This document shows positions 1 to 9,204 of a DNA stretch of 51,318 nucleotides, piece after piece; position 1 is the first letter of the stretch, and each line of letters opens with the position of its first letter. The position numbers and the translations under genes are program-made. A model generated the notes under the pieces. It did not search any database. It saw only the letters and a program-made list of their open reading frames with translations, and was not told the origin of the DNA. This DNA comes from an uncultured Bacteroidales bacterium. Lineage in GTDB: Bacteria > Bacteroidota > Bacteroidia > Bacteroidales > Marinilabiliaceae. The stretch covers positions 1-51,318 of the forward strand of contig CAKVCS010000001.1 in the NCBI GenBank assembly GCA_934725785.1, written 5' to 3'.

Positions 1-1227
1 GTATGATGTGGCTCCGCCTTTGATGTTTTTGCCAATGAACGAGCGGGACAGGTAGATGCTTCCGTCTTTATAGTCGCACAGCCTCGCGCCGCCCTCGGGC
101 ATCTCTATCTCGCCACCGCTCGCGAACCATTCGCAGTCATACACGTGCGTGAGGATTTTGCTCGTCAGCGGAGTCCCGTGTGTGGATAGCGGTTTTCCGA
201 AGAAGTCCGGGTCTTTTTCCGCGCTTGGAGTCTCTTCTTCGGGGGGCTGCGGCTCGCCTGGCACGGTGTCTCTTGCCAATATTGTGAATTGCGCGGTTCG
301 CCATTCGTCACACGTTAGCGTGTAGTTTCCGTTTTTCGCCGTCAGGCGGTATCGCACGTCATACACGCCCGGCTCGGGTCTCACCCGGCTCGTGTCGATC
401 TCCCCCACCGCCAGCCCGGGGTCTTCCGCGCCTTGCGGCAGGTTGTCCGCCTCGGGCATCGTCATCTTGCCAAGCCTCGTGGTGCCGTCCGCCTCGCGCG
501 GGGCGATTGCAAGTCCGTCGGCGCATATCGGTCGCGGCTCAATGCTTACGCTGAACGTCTTTTCCGCGCGCTTGAACCCGACGCGTACAGTCCCGTTGGC
601 GGGCGAGAATATGTTGTTGCCGATCAGGACGGACACCACTTTTAGTGTGTGCCGTCCGGCCGCCACTATGCTGTCGCGGTCCAAGGCCTCTGTCGCCCCG
701 TCGAGAAATGCCTGCGTGCCGCCCACCTCGACATAGGCCCCGCCGTCTTCCTCTATGCGTGCGTCGGTCCTGTGGTCGAGTTTTTCTCCATAAGTCAGGG
801 TAACATCGTTATTCTCGCTCCCGTTGAGTGTTATGGTGGGGGTCTCCCTGTCGATGCGTCCGCACCTGCTGCAGTATTTGTAGTTGTCTTTCAGAATTTT
901 AGCATTGCCCTCTTTGTCAACGAGCATCAGTCTCACCGTGACGGCGTATATTGTATCGTATCCTTCGGCCTTGGGCAGCCCGCCCACCAGGTAAGCGTCC
1001 GTTATGTAGAGCTTCCCGCCGCTGTATTCGCATAGTGGCACGGTGTCGGCCGGCAGGTCGAGCTTTGCGCCGCGTGAGAACCAGTCGTAGTCGTATATGT
1101 GCGTGAGGGTCTGCTGCCCCAGCACGGGGTGCGCCGTCATGAGCGGCTCGGACGGGAAGTCGGTTGTTTGCGCCGCGGCCCGGCATGCCACGGCCAGCGC
1201 TACGGCTATGGTGGAGCGCGTGATCAT
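1..1227 (-). CDS. secreted repeat-containing protein; its C-terminal part is cut off by the window edge
   Basis: My own minus-strand translation from ATG (1225-1227) stays open to position 1 (409 codons): MITRSTIAVALAVACRAAAQTTDFPSEPL... It is absent from the ORF track because it has no stop in the window. It has a signal-peptide-like N-terminus. The module THIYDYDWFSRGAKLDLPADTVPLCEYSGGKLYI recurs about 330 aa later as THVYDCEWFASGGEIEMPEGGARLCDYKDGSIYL. The GVYDVRYRLTAKNGNYTL segment looks like an adhesin MBG/Ig-type module (weak). Confidence 0.6.
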   Translation of the reverse strand, partial: MITRSTIAVALAVACRAAAQTTDFPSEPLMTAHPVLGQQTLTHIYDYDWFSRGAKLDLPADTVPLCEYSGGKLYITDAYLVGGLPKAEGYDTIYAVTVRLMLVDKEGNAKILKDNYKYCSRCGRIDRETPTITLNGSENNDVTLTYGEKLDHRTDARIEEDGGAYVEVGGTQAFLDGATEALDRDSIVAAGRHTLKVVSVLIGNNIFSPANGTVRVGFKRAEKTFSVSIEPRPICADGLAIAPREADGTTRLGKMTMPEADNLPQGAEDPGLAVGEIDTSRVRPEPGVYDVRYRLTAKNGNYTLTCDEWRTAQFTILARDTVPGEPQPPEEETPSAEKDPDFFGKPLSTHGTPLTSKILTHVYDCEWFASGGEIEMPEGGARLCDYKDGSIYLSRSFIGKNIKGGATSY

Positions 1228-1234
1228 GCTTTAT

Positions 1235-1915
1235 CTATAGGGCTGGCTTTTTGGCGTTGTTGATGGCCTCTATGACCTCGGCGGTCTTGCGGGTCATGTC
1301 GTCCGATCGTATTATCTCCCCGCTTAGGGCAATGCCGTCGGGGCCGCACTCGAGTATGTCGGCTATGTCGGCAGACGTTATGCCGCCAATGGCCACTATG
1401 GGTATGTTGACGCCCTCGCTGCGAGCTGCCCACGTCAGTTCGCGGTATCCGTCAAGACCCAGCGTCGGGGCGAGGTTCTTCTTCGTCGTCGTGAAGCGGA
1501 ACGGTCCGCAGCCTATGTAGTCTACCGAGTCGCGGACCCTCATTATGTCGTCAGCCGTGTTGCACGTCCCGCCTATTATGGCTTTCTCGCCCAATATCTT
1601 GCGAGCCTCGGCGGGCGGCATGTCGTTCTTGCCGAGGTGGACGCCGCTCGCCCCGGCTCTTCGGGCGACCTCGACGTGGTCGTCTATAATAAGTGTGGCC
1701 CCGAAGGTGTCCGTGAGCCTCTTCATCTCCACGGCGGTAGCCTCCACCTCATCTTCCGTCGCGCCCTTCATGCGCAGCTGCACCCACAGGCATCCGCCGT
1801 TCAGCACCTTGCGGGCCTGCTCCACGCACTGAGCCCCGGTGCTGGCGTTTGTTATGAACTGGAGGCTGAAGTGGGTCATGTCAAGTTTTACGCGTGTGGA
1901 TGCCGTGTCGTTCAT
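1235..1915 (-). CDS. thiE: thiamine-phosphate synthase
   Basis: ThiE-like TIM-barrel pattern: LIIDDHVEVA, GVHLGKNDM, IGGTCNT, DYIGCGPFRFTTTK, VAIGGI. I moved the start to the internal ATG at 1913-1915 (MNDTAS...), because the 40 upstream codons of the track ORF run into AT-rich promoter-like DNA. Confidence 0.85.
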   Translation of the reverse strand: MNDTASTRVKLDMTHFSLQFITNASTGAQCVEQARKVLNGGCLWVQLRMKGATEDEVEATAVEMKRLTDTFGATLIIDDHVEVARRAGASGVHLGKNDMPPAEARKILGEKAIIGGTCNTADDIMRVRDSVDYIGCGPFRFTTTKKNLAPTLGLDGYRELTWAARSEGVNIPIVAIGGITSADIADILECGPDGIALSGEIIRSDDMTRKTAEVIEAINNAKKPAL

Positions 1916-2051
1916 GTCTGTTGTTTTTGTCAATAGTATCTTTATTCTACCGTATGTCAACCTTCGACTGGACATTCGTCTGTCGGGCCATCTCTTTGTC
2001 ATATAGCCCTCGACAGGTTTCGTGATGGTGGCCATAAGGATATGCGCGGCC

Positions 2052-3023
2052 TCACACCACCCGCCCCATGTTATACTCCACGAGCTTCTTCAGGGCCTCT
2101 TTGGCGGGGCTGTCCGGCAGCGGGGCTATGTCGGCTACAGCCATGCGTCCGAGCTCATTCATCTTTTCGCCGGCGTACTCCATGCCGCCGTGCCGCCCCA
2201 CCAAGTCGAGCGCGGCCTCGGCCGTGGCCTCGGCTTTCGGGTCGCGGCGTATCATGCGCGTAAGCGCCCTGCGCTCGGCCTCCGTGGCGTTGTGCATGGC
2301 GGCTATCAGAGGGAGCGTCATTTTCTGCTCCTTGACGTCGTTCAGCGCGGGCTTGCCGAATATGCCTCCCGGCGTGTAGTCGAACATGTCGTCGCGTATC
2401 TGGAAAGCGAGACCCAGGTGGTTGCCATAGGCCGCTAGGGCCTCGACGGTCTCGGGTCGCGCCCCCGCGCTTGTTGCCCCCGCCCTTGTGCACGCCTCAA
2501 TGAGGGTTGCCGTCTTTTGGCGTATCACGCCCAGGTAGGTCTCCTCCGTCAGGTCCATCCTCCTCGCGTGCTCCATTTGGCTCAGCTCGCCGTCGGCCAG
2601 GTCGCGCACGGCGCGGCTCACTATGCGGAGTATGTCGACGTGTCCGCCGTCAAGGGCCATCTCCATGCCGCGCGCCAGGAAGAAGTCGCCCACCAGCACC
2701 GCCACTTTGCCGCCCCACAGGCCCATGAGGCTCCACTGGCCGCGGCGTGTGTATGTCTCGTCGACAACGTCGTCATGGACCAGCGACGCGTTGTGCAGGA
2801 GCTCAATGAGGGCGGCCGCGGCGTACGACGAGTCGGCTACTCCGCCGGCTGCGGCCGCGGAGAGGAACACCAGCAGCGGGCGCATACGCTTGCCGCGGCG
2901 GCGGAAGACGTAGCGCGTGGCCAACGTGAGCAGGCGGTTGGGGGACTGAAGCTGGCTGTCGAAGTATGGCTCGAAGCGCCTCAGGTGCTCGCCGACGGGG
3001 GCTTGTATCTCTTTTAGGTCCAT
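2052..3023 (-). CDS. trans-polyprenyl diphosphate synthase (octaprenyl/IspB-like)
   Basis: Has two aspartate-rich motifs, LVHDDVVDE and FQIRDDMFDY. The 323-aa length is typical of the family. Confidence 0.85.
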   Translation of the reverse strand: MDLKEIQAPVGEHLRRFEPYFDSQLQSPNRLLTLATRYVFRRRGKRMRPLLVFLSAAAAGGVADSSYAAAALIELLHNASLVHDDVVDETYTRRGQWSLMGLWGGKVAVLVGDFFLARGMEMALDGGHVDILRIVSRAVRDLADGELSQMEHARRMDLTEETYLGVIRQKTATLIEACTRAGATSAGARPETVEALAAYGNHLGLAFQIRDDMFDYTPGGIFGKPALNDVKEQKMTLPLIAAMHNATEAERRALTRMIRRDPKAEATAEAALDLVGRHGGMEYAGEKMNELGRMAVADIAPLPDSPAKEALKKLVEYNMGRVV

Positions 3024-3081
3024 CCGTGTCGGAAATTCTATTATTTTCGTGGCTCTGTTCGGGCAAAGTTACCACTAAAAG

Positions 3082-3525
3082 ATGTCAGTTATCAGGCTTA
3101 CCAAGGAGTTCTCTTTCGAGATGGCTCATTTCCTGCCGGGCTATGACGGGCTCTGCAGCAACGTCCACGGACACTCGTATCTGCTGCACGTCACGGTGGC
3201 GGGCGTGCCATCGGCCGACCCCGCCTCGCCCAAGTTCGGGATGGTCATGGATTTCTCTGATCTCAAGAGGATTGTGGGCGAGGAGGTCGTAGGGCGGCTT
3301 GACCACGCCCTTATGGTGCGCCGAGGCTCGGTCGACGCCGCGGCCCTCGGTGGCCTTACCCACCGCCTTGTCGAGGTGGACTATCAGCCCACGTGCGAGA
3401 ATATGCTCATAGACTTCGCCGAGCGCATCGGGCGGCGCCTGCCTGGCGGCGTGAGACTCGCCTCGCTCAGGCTCAATGAGACGGCGACCTCGTTCGCCGA
3501 GTGGCGGGCCGATGACAACGGCTGA
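3082..3525 (+). CDS. queD: 6-carboxy-5,6,7,8-tetrahydropterin synthase
   Basis: 147 aa. Contains EFSFEMAHFLP and CSNVHGHSY (the zinc/His motif of the PTPS/QueD family). Confidence 0.85.
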   Translation: MSVIRLTKEFSFEMAHFLPGYDGLCSNVHGHSYLLHVTVAGVPSADPASPKFGMVMDFSDLKRIVGEEVVGRLDHALMVRRGSVDAAALGGLTHRLVEVDYQPTCENMLIDFAERIGRRLPGGVRLASLRLNETATSFAEWRADDNG

Positions 3526-3538
3526 CGCGCCGCGCCTT

Positions 3539-4186
3539 TCATTTCCGCCCGGCCTTCCACGCGTCGACCTGCTTTTTGATGGCCTCGGGCATCTGACCCT
3601 TTATGGCGTTTATGGCCCTCGCCCTGTCTGCCGAGTTGTTCACGAAGTCGGTGTTGTCTATGTCTATGGTGAGCATGTTGCCCGAGTACCCTTCCACCCA
3701 GTCGTCATACTTCTTGTTCAGCATGTGGAGGTACTCCTGGCCTATTGAGTTCTCATAGGCCAGACCGCGCTGGCGTATGTGTGTCACGAGTGTGGGCACT
3801 GACGCTTTGAGGTAAATGAGCAGCTCGGGCGGCTTTATGAACGAGACCATTATCTCGAACAGCTCGCTGTACGTGTCATAGTCCGTCCGGCTTATGAGGC
3901 CCATGGTGAGCAGGTTCTCTACGAATATGTACGCGTCCTCATATATGGTGCGGTCCTGCACAACCGTGTCGTCCGCCCACATCGCGCGCTGTATCGACTT
4001 GAAGCGCTTGGTCAGGAAGTAGACCTGCAGGTTGAGCGCCCACCGCTGCATGTCGGCGTAGAAATTTGAGAGGTACGGGTTCGTCACGTCGCCGCTGTCG
4101 AACGTGCGGAAGCCGAACTCGCCGCACAGCAGCTCAGCCATCGCGCTCTTGCCGCTGCCTATGTTGCCTGCTATCCCTATGTACAT
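3539..4186 (-). CDS. deoxynucleoside kinase
   Basis: N-terminal P-loop IGIAGNIGSGKS. The 215-aa size and the overall dNK/dCK-dGK family pattern fit. Confidence 0.8.
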   Translation of the reverse strand: MYIGIAGNIGSGKSAMAELLCGEFGFRTFDSGDVTNPYLSNFYADMQRWALNLQVYFLTKRFKSIQRAMWADDTVVQDRTIYEDAYIFVENLLTMGLISRTDYDTYSELFEIMVSFIKPPELLIYLKASVPTLVTHIRQRGLAYENSIGQEYLHMLNKKYDDWVEGYSGNMLTIDIDNTDFVNNSADRARAINAIKGQMPEAIKKQVDAWKAGRK

Positions 4187-4220
4187 GGTCTTTGCCCCCT
4201 GCTTTGTCTTGCTTTGTTGT

Positions 4221-5744
4221 TCACATTGTCTTTTGGGCGGCCATCTCCTTCAGCTCGTCCATCAGGCTCCTGTCGTTCTTCAGGCGTGGCATCTTGTTCT
4301 GCCCGCCCATCTTGTCGTGTTTCCGCATCCAGTCCTCAAACAGTCCGCGCGGGGCCACGTTCAGCCGCAGCCTGTCAAGCGTAATGTCCTTGTAGCGTTT
4401 GGCCTCGTAGTCCGAGTTTACGCCCTGCAGGGCCTTGTCGAGCCTCTCGGCGAAAAGCTCAGGGTCGGCGGGCGGCGTGTCAAACTCCACCATCCACTCG
4501 TGGCAGCCGCGGGTGTTGGCGTCCATGAATACCGGGGCTGCCGTGTACTCCCTCACGACGGCTCCCGTCTCACTGCAAGCCCGCGCCATGGCGGCCTCGG
4601 CGTTGCTTATCATGAGCTCCTCGCCGAAGGCGTTTATGTATAGCTTCGTGCGTCCGCTTATGACGAAACGGTAAGGGTCTTTGCCCGTGAAGCGGACCGT
4701 GTCCCCAATCACGTAGCGCCACAGACCGTTGACGCTCGTTATCACCATGGCGTAGTCTACGCCGGTCTCTATGCCGCTTAACGGCGTCACGCCGTCGGGG
4801 TGGGGCTTGCCGGCCTCGCTAATCGGCATGAACTCGTAGAAAGTGCCATAGTCCAGCATGAGCCGCATGCTCTTGTCGGCCATGTCGGTCTGGATGCCGA
4901 AGAAGCCCTCGCTGGCGTTATATGTCTCCATGAAGTGCATACCGCCGGGGCACAGGCTCTTATATTGCTCGCGGTAGGGCTCGAAGCTTATCCCTCCGTG
5001 GATGAAGAGCTCCATCCCGGGCCACAAGTCGGCCACGGTCTTCACGCCGCGTCGCTCCATTATGTATTTGAGCAGGACGAGCATCCAGCTCGGCACGCCG
5101 GCCATCGACGTCACGTTCTGCCCGATGGTCGCGGCGGCTATCTTTTCCAGCTTCTCCTCCCACCTGGGCAGCAGGGCTATCCGCTTCCGCGGGGTCTTGA
5201 ACAGCTCGCTCCACAGCGGGGCGTTGCCTATCATGATGGCGGAGAGGTCGCCCGTCTGGCTGCCCGAGCCCGTGGGGGTCAGTTGTTTGCTGCCTCCCAA
5301 CGTCAGGCATTTGCCGCGCCATATTTCAGTGCCTGGGTTTTGCCGCATGTACGTGGCCACGACGTCGTTTGTCCCGCGCAGGTGGCAGCGCCTCAGCCCC
5401 TCGTCGGTCACGGGGATGAACTTGCTTTTGCTGCCCGATGTGCCGCTGCTCTTGGCGAACCACTTGACGCGCCCGGGCCACGTGACGTCCCCCTCCCCCG
5501 ACATCATGCGCTCCACGTAGGGCCGGAAACCCTCGTAGTCCATCACGCTCACGGTCTTGGCGAACTCCTCGTAGCCCATGTCCGGCCGCAGCCCCAGCTT
5601 GCGCCCCAAGTACGTCCGCGAGCCGCATTCCAGTATGTGGCGCAGCTGCTCGGCCTGCATGTCGGGGCCTTGGGAGGCCATCCGGTCCATTTGTCTGTAG
5701 CGATCGGCGTAGTGCAACCTTGCCAGCCAGTTTATCAGTGCCAT
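4221..5744 (-). CDS. GH3 auxin-responsive-promoter family (adenylating enzyme-like) protein
   Basis: 507 aa. The SSGTSGSKSKFIP motif and overall layout match the bacterial GH3 family common in Bacteroidota. Confidence 0.7.
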   Translation of the reverse strand: MALINWLARLHYADRYRQMDRMASQGPDMQAEQLRHILECGSRTYLGRKLGLRPDMGYEEFAKTVSVMDYEGFRPYVERMMSGEGDVTWPGRVKWFAKSSGTSGSKSKFIPVTDEGLRRCHLRGTNDVVATYMRQNPGTEIWRGKCLTLGGSKQLTPTGSGSQTGDLSAIMIGNAPLWSELFKTPRKRIALLPRWEEKLEKIAAATIGQNVTSMAGVPSWMLVLLKYIMERRGVKTVADLWPGMELFIHGGISFEPYREQYKSLCPGGMHFMETYNASEGFFGIQTDMADKSMRLMLDYGTFYEFMPISEAGKPHPDGVTPLSGIETGVDYAMVITSVNGLWRYVIGDTVRFTGKDPYRFVISGRTKLYINAFGEELMISNAEAAMARACSETGAVVREYTAAPVFMDANTRGCHEWMVEFDTPPADPELFAERLDKALQGVNSDYEAKRYKDITLDRLRLNVAPRGLFEDWMRKHDKMGGQNKMPRLKNDRSLMDELKEMAAQKTM

Positions 5745-5827
5745 CGTTTAGTCTGCAAGTGTTCTTTGTCTTGTCCTGCCTTACCATCCGGCCATATGCC
5801 GCGTGAGCACCCCCCCCTTGTCTCTGG

Positions 5828-5857
5828 GAAAAAGGGCGGGGTGGGGTGCGCCGCCCC
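5828..5857 (-). terminator. putative intrinsic terminator downstream of deoC
   Basis: On the minus strand, a GGGGCGG / CCGCCCT stem with an 11-nt loop is followed by TTTTT (plus-strand AAAAA at 5829-5833). Confidence 0.45.
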
Positions 5858-5887
5858 GCTCCGCCTTTAGCCTCACGCGTGTGCTGC

Positions 5888-6784
5888 TCAAAAATATTTC
5901 TCTGGGGCCGTCTTGCCTTTCACGGTCAGTATCTGCCTCAGCAGGTTGTTAGCCAGTCCGCTCGCCCCGATGCGGAACAGGGTGTTGACCGTGTGGTCGT
6001 CGCCGAGCGTGGCGCGCACTATCTCGTAATACAGCGCGGCGTCCTCGGGAGTGCGCACGCCCCCGGCAGGCTTGAAGCCGACCTTGCGCCCGCTCTTCTG
6101 CTCATAAGCCTTTATGGCCTGCGTCATTACGACGGCGGCCTCGGGGCTGGCGCCGTCGCAGTTCTTGCCCGTGCTGGTCTTGATGAAGTCCGCGCCGGCC
6201 GCCATGGCTATGACGCTCGCGTCCCATATCTGCCCGTGGGTCTTCATGGAGCCCGTCTCCAGTATAACTTTCAGCCTTGCGTCGGCGCAAGCCTCGCGCA
6301 GGCGCAGCAGCTCCTCGTAAACGAACTGGTAGCTGCCGTCCAGGAATTCGCCTACCGAGATGACGACGTCGACCTCGGTGGCGCCGGCCTCGACGGCCTT
6401 GCGAACCTCAGCCGCCTTTATGTCGGCGAATGATTGCGAGGACGGGAAGCATGCGGCCACCACGGCTCTGTGCACGCTCTCCACTTTCAGCGCCGACTTC
6501 AGCACCGGAGCGAAAACGGAGTACACGCATATGCCGCCCACGTTTTTCAGCTCGGGGTAGTCCTTGCCGAACTGGTTGACCTTCTCCACGAAGCGGCGCA
6601 CGCTCTCCGCCGAGTCCGTATGGCTAAGCGTCGTGAGGTCTATGGCGTTGAACATGGTCTGCAGCGCCTCGGTGTCGGTCAGCCATTTTGCGGCGTTGGC
6701 GCGGTGGCCTGCTATGATGGTCTCAACGTTGTCAAGCCCGGTGTCATACTTGTATTCGCCGAGCGTCTTGTCTATATCTTTCAT
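5888..6784 (-). CDS. deoC: deoxyribose-phosphate aldolase (long form)
   Basis: DFIKTSTGK Schiff-base lysine motif and FKPAGGVRT; 298 aa. Confidence 0.85.
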   Translation of the reverse strand: MKDIDKTLGEYKYDTGLDNVETIIAGHRANAAKWLTDTEALQTMFNAIDLTTLSHTDSAESVRRFVEKVNQFGKDYPELKNVGGICVYSVFAPVLKSALKVESVHRAVVAACFPSSQSFADIKAAEVRKAVEAGATEVDVVISVGEFLDGSYQFVYEELLRLREACADARLKVILETGSMKTHGQIWDASVIAMAAGADFIKTSTGKNCDGASPEAAVVMTQAIKAYEQKSGRKVGFKPAGGVRTPEDAALYYEIVRATLGDDHTVNTLFRIGASGLANNLLRQILTVKGKTAPEKYF

Positions 6785-6814
6785 TTTCTGTGTTATAATC
6801 TTTTCTTTCTCTTT

Positions 6815-7183
6815 TCACTGTTTATCGCTCTGGCCGGGCCTCAGCTTGGCGTTGCCCGCGTGTCTGCCCGCGTCGCGCATGGTCTTTTTCTCAAGGCTCT
6901 TGCGCAGCTCCGTGTCCAGGTCCACCCCGGTCTGGTTCGCCAGGCACAGCAGCACCCACAGCACGTCGGCCATCTCCTCGCCCATGTCTCGGCTCTCGCC
7001 GGGCTTGAAGCTCTGATCGCCATACGTCCGCGCCATCAGCCGCGCCAGCTCGCCCACCTCCTCGGTCAGGCATGCCATGTTGGTCAGCTCGCTGAAATAT
7101 CTCACGCCGTACTCGTGGATCCATTTGTCCACCATGCGCTGGGCGCCCCTAAGGCTCATTTCGCCGTCTCCCGCCTCGATCAT
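6815..7183 (-). CDS. MazG-type nucleotide pyrophosphohydrolase
   Basis: The internal start MIEAGDGEMS (ATG 7181-7183) gives a 122-aa protein with EEVGELARL and EEMADVLWVLLCLAN (the EExxE/ExxD MazG helices). The longer track ORF (to 7510) is an Arg-rich read-through overlapping dtd. Confidence 0.75.
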   Translation of the reverse strand: MIEAGDGEMSLRGAQRMVDKWIHEYGVRYFSELTNMACLTEEVGELARLMARTYGDQSFKPGESRDMGEEMADVLWVLLCLANQTGVDLDTELRKSLEKKTMRDAGRHAGNAKLRPGQSDKQ

Positions 7184-7185
7184 CC

Positions 7186-7650
7186 CTAAGCCTTGTTTCT
7201 TGTGTCGACTATTATTGTCACCGGGCCGTCGGCCTCCATGTCTATCTTCATGTCTGCGCCGAAGACGCCCGTGGGAATCTCTTTGCCCGTCAGCCGTCGC
7301 AGCTCGGCGACGAAGGCCTCGTAATACGGCACGGCCACGTCCGGCCGCGCGGCGTTGATGAATGACGGGCGGTTGCCCTTCTTGGTCAGGGCGAAGAGGG
7401 TGAACTGGCTCACTACCAGGATGTCCCCGCCCGCGTCGGCCACGGAGATGTTCATCAGCCCGTCGGCGTCGCTGAATATTCGCATCTGCGACACCTTTTG
7501 CGCGAGCCAAGTAACCTCGGCCATGTCGACATCTGGCCCGTCGGCCGTCTCCACGCCCAGCAGGATCAACAGGCCCGCCCCTATGTGGCCGGCCCTGGCC
7601 CCGTCGGCCGTCACCGATGCGCGGCTCACTCGTTGTATTACGGCTTTCAT
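7186..7650 (-). CDS. dtd: D-aminoacyl-tRNA deacylase
   Basis: MKAVIQRVSRASV..., SQFTLFA, and the GPVTIIVD C-terminal motif. The start is set at ATG 7648-7650. The stop TAG (7186-7188) lies 2 nt from the mazG-like start. Confidence 0.9.
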   Translation of the reverse strand: MKAVIQRVSRASVTADGARAGHIGAGLLILLGVETADGPDVDMAEVTWLAQKVSQMRIFSDADGLMNISVADAGGDILVVSQFTLFALTKKGNRPSFINAARPDVAVPYYEAFVAELRRLTGKEIPTGVFGADMKIDMEADGPVTIIVDTRNKA

Positions 7651-7817
7651 CTCCCTGTTGCGCTTCCCTCTCCGCCTCCCCTCCGCGTCGCCGCCGGAGG
7701 AGTCAGAGAGCTTTTTTAACATTGCCTTTCCGAGTGTGAATTTACGCGATATATTTGCGTTCTCAAAATGGAAAAATTGCCGCTCCGCCTGTGGCGACGG
7801 CGCAAAAGAAAGAGGCA

Positions 7818-9146
7818 ATGCCCCGAAGAAAAGATTTATCCCTGGCGCGCCGTCTCACGGATGCCGAGGTGGGCTATGTTTTCGCGCATCTCCGTCAGAT
7901 GGTCGACTGCGCCGCGCCCTTGGAGACCGTGGTCGACTGGCCGCGTACCGAGGGCCCGCTCCGCAAGGATCTTGTGGTCGAAGGAGTCCCCGTCTTGTTC
8001 TCCTCGTCCGACCGGGGAGCCGCGCCTTTCAGCGAGGCTGGCGGCAGGGTCGTCGTGGGTCACGATCTGGTCAAGAGCGCGTTCTTCCTCCTGTCCGCAT
8101 ATCAGGAGTGGGCGTCCGGCCAGTCCGACGAGTGGGGGCGGTATCCATACGAGGCCTCCATCCAGAGGGAGCTCGGAATAGAGCACGTGGCCGTCGTGAA
8201 CCATTACTTTACGTGGATGACTCAAGCCATAGTGAGACAGTGTGAGATAAAAGGTATAGAATATCGCATAAAATCGCCTCTCGGAGGCCCCTCCCTACAT
8301 TTGTCACATGACATAGACTCCGCCCATTACTTCACCTTGCGCAAGGCTCTTTTCCGCTGCGCGCAGGTATTCGGGCTTCGCAAGTGCGACACCAGCAGGA
8401 GTCGCCTGGCCCGTGCGGCCGCCATCTCTCTGCTTCGCGTGGCGGGGTTGCGCGGAGATCCCGACCCCTATTGGAGCTTCGACGCCATTCAAGACAATGA
8501 GGCTTTCGTTGGCTACAAGTCGGAGTGGTTCTTTCTGCCCGATGACGGCGGCCCTTTCCCGCCCGACTACGATTTATCCGCCGACGCCGATGTGCGCAAG
8601 GTCATGGATCAGCTCGCCGCTCGCGGCAACACGATAAGCCTTCACGCACCTATAAATTGCCGAACATCAGACGCATATGCCAAGTGGCTTAAAGTGTTGC
8701 AAGATGTTTGCCCCGGCCTCTCTCGCCATGTCCGTCAGCATTTTCTCGCCATCAGCGCCCCGTCCTCTTTCATAGCCATGGAAGATGCCGGCCTGACAGC
8801 CGATTTCTCTTTCGGATTCTCTCGCCACGAGGGCTTCAGGAACAGCTACTGCATGCCGTTCCATCCTTTCGACCATGACCGTCAGCGTATGCTCGACCTG
8901 GTCTGCGTCCCGCTTGCCATGATGGACGTGTCGTGCCTCACGCACCGCCGCATGTCCTATGACGGCATTTTCCTCGCCGTGGGCGAGATGCTCGACGAGG
9001 TGCGGCTTTTCGGCGGCGTTTTCAGCCTCCTGTGGCACAACTCCACTTTCGATGAGGTTTATCACCCGGGCGTGACCAAATTCTATGAGGAGCTTCATCT
9101 CCTCTTCTCGCAATATCAGCTCAGGCAGTTCTCCCTTCAGGAGTGA
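7818..9146 (+). CDS. hypothetical protein, possibly a divergent polysaccharide deacetylase (CE4-like)
   Basis: The C-terminal half has GFSRHEGFRNSYCMPFHPFD ... VPLAMMD, which I recall from the divergent polysaccharide deacetylase family found in glycan loci. The start is set at ATG 7818. Confidence 0.4.
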   Translation: MPRRKDLSLARRLTDAEVGYVFAHLRQMVDCAAPLETVVDWPRTEGPLRKDLVVEGVPVLFSSSDRGAAPFSEAGGRVVVGHDLVKSAFFLLSAYQEWASGQSDEWGRYPYEASIQRELGIEHVAVVNHYFTWMTQAIVRQCEIKGIEYRIKSPLGGPSLHLSHDIDSAHYFTLRKALFRCAQVFGLRKCDTSRSRLARAAAISLLRVAGLRGDPDPYWSFDAIQDNEAFVGYKSEWFFLPDDGGPFPPDYDLSADADVRKVMDQLAARGNTISLHAPINCRTSDAYAKWLKVLQDVCPGLSRHVRQHFLAISAPSSFIAMEDAGLTADFSFGFSRHEGFRNSYCMPFHPFDHDRQRMLDLVCVPLAMMDVSCLTHRRMSYDGIFLAVGEMLDEVRLFGGVFSLLWHNSTFDEVYHPGVTKFYEELHLLFSQYQLRQFSLQE

Positions 9147-9204
9147 AAGTAGAACCTGCGTAGCTTCGCTTTCGTAAAAAGAATCATATCATAACCAGCA
9201 GCCG

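Noticed and set aside
3082-3525. Whether queD is part of a 7-deazaguanine (Dpd-type) DNA-modification system related to the island.
   Set aside because: It lies 24 kb from the island, has host-like high GC and sits among housekeeping genes. No TGT/DpdA-like gene is present in the window.
6815-7510. 231-aa version of the MazG-like ORF with an Arg-rich N-terminal extension. Similar N-terminal extensions occur on thiE (to 2035), dtd (to 7818), the vWA gene (to 19837), the Rpn gene (to 11223) and the CW_7 gene (to 11915).
   Set aside because: The extensions overlap upstream genes or AT-rich promoter DNA and have no family similarity. Internal ATGs give proteins of canonical length that begin with conserved N-termini.
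6815-7650. Whether the tightly linked mazG-like and dtd genes form a toxin-antitoxin or defence-like pair.
   Set aside because: Both are ordinary housekeeping families with host-like composition, and the adjacency appears to be a normal operon. There is nothing unusual in the sequence.
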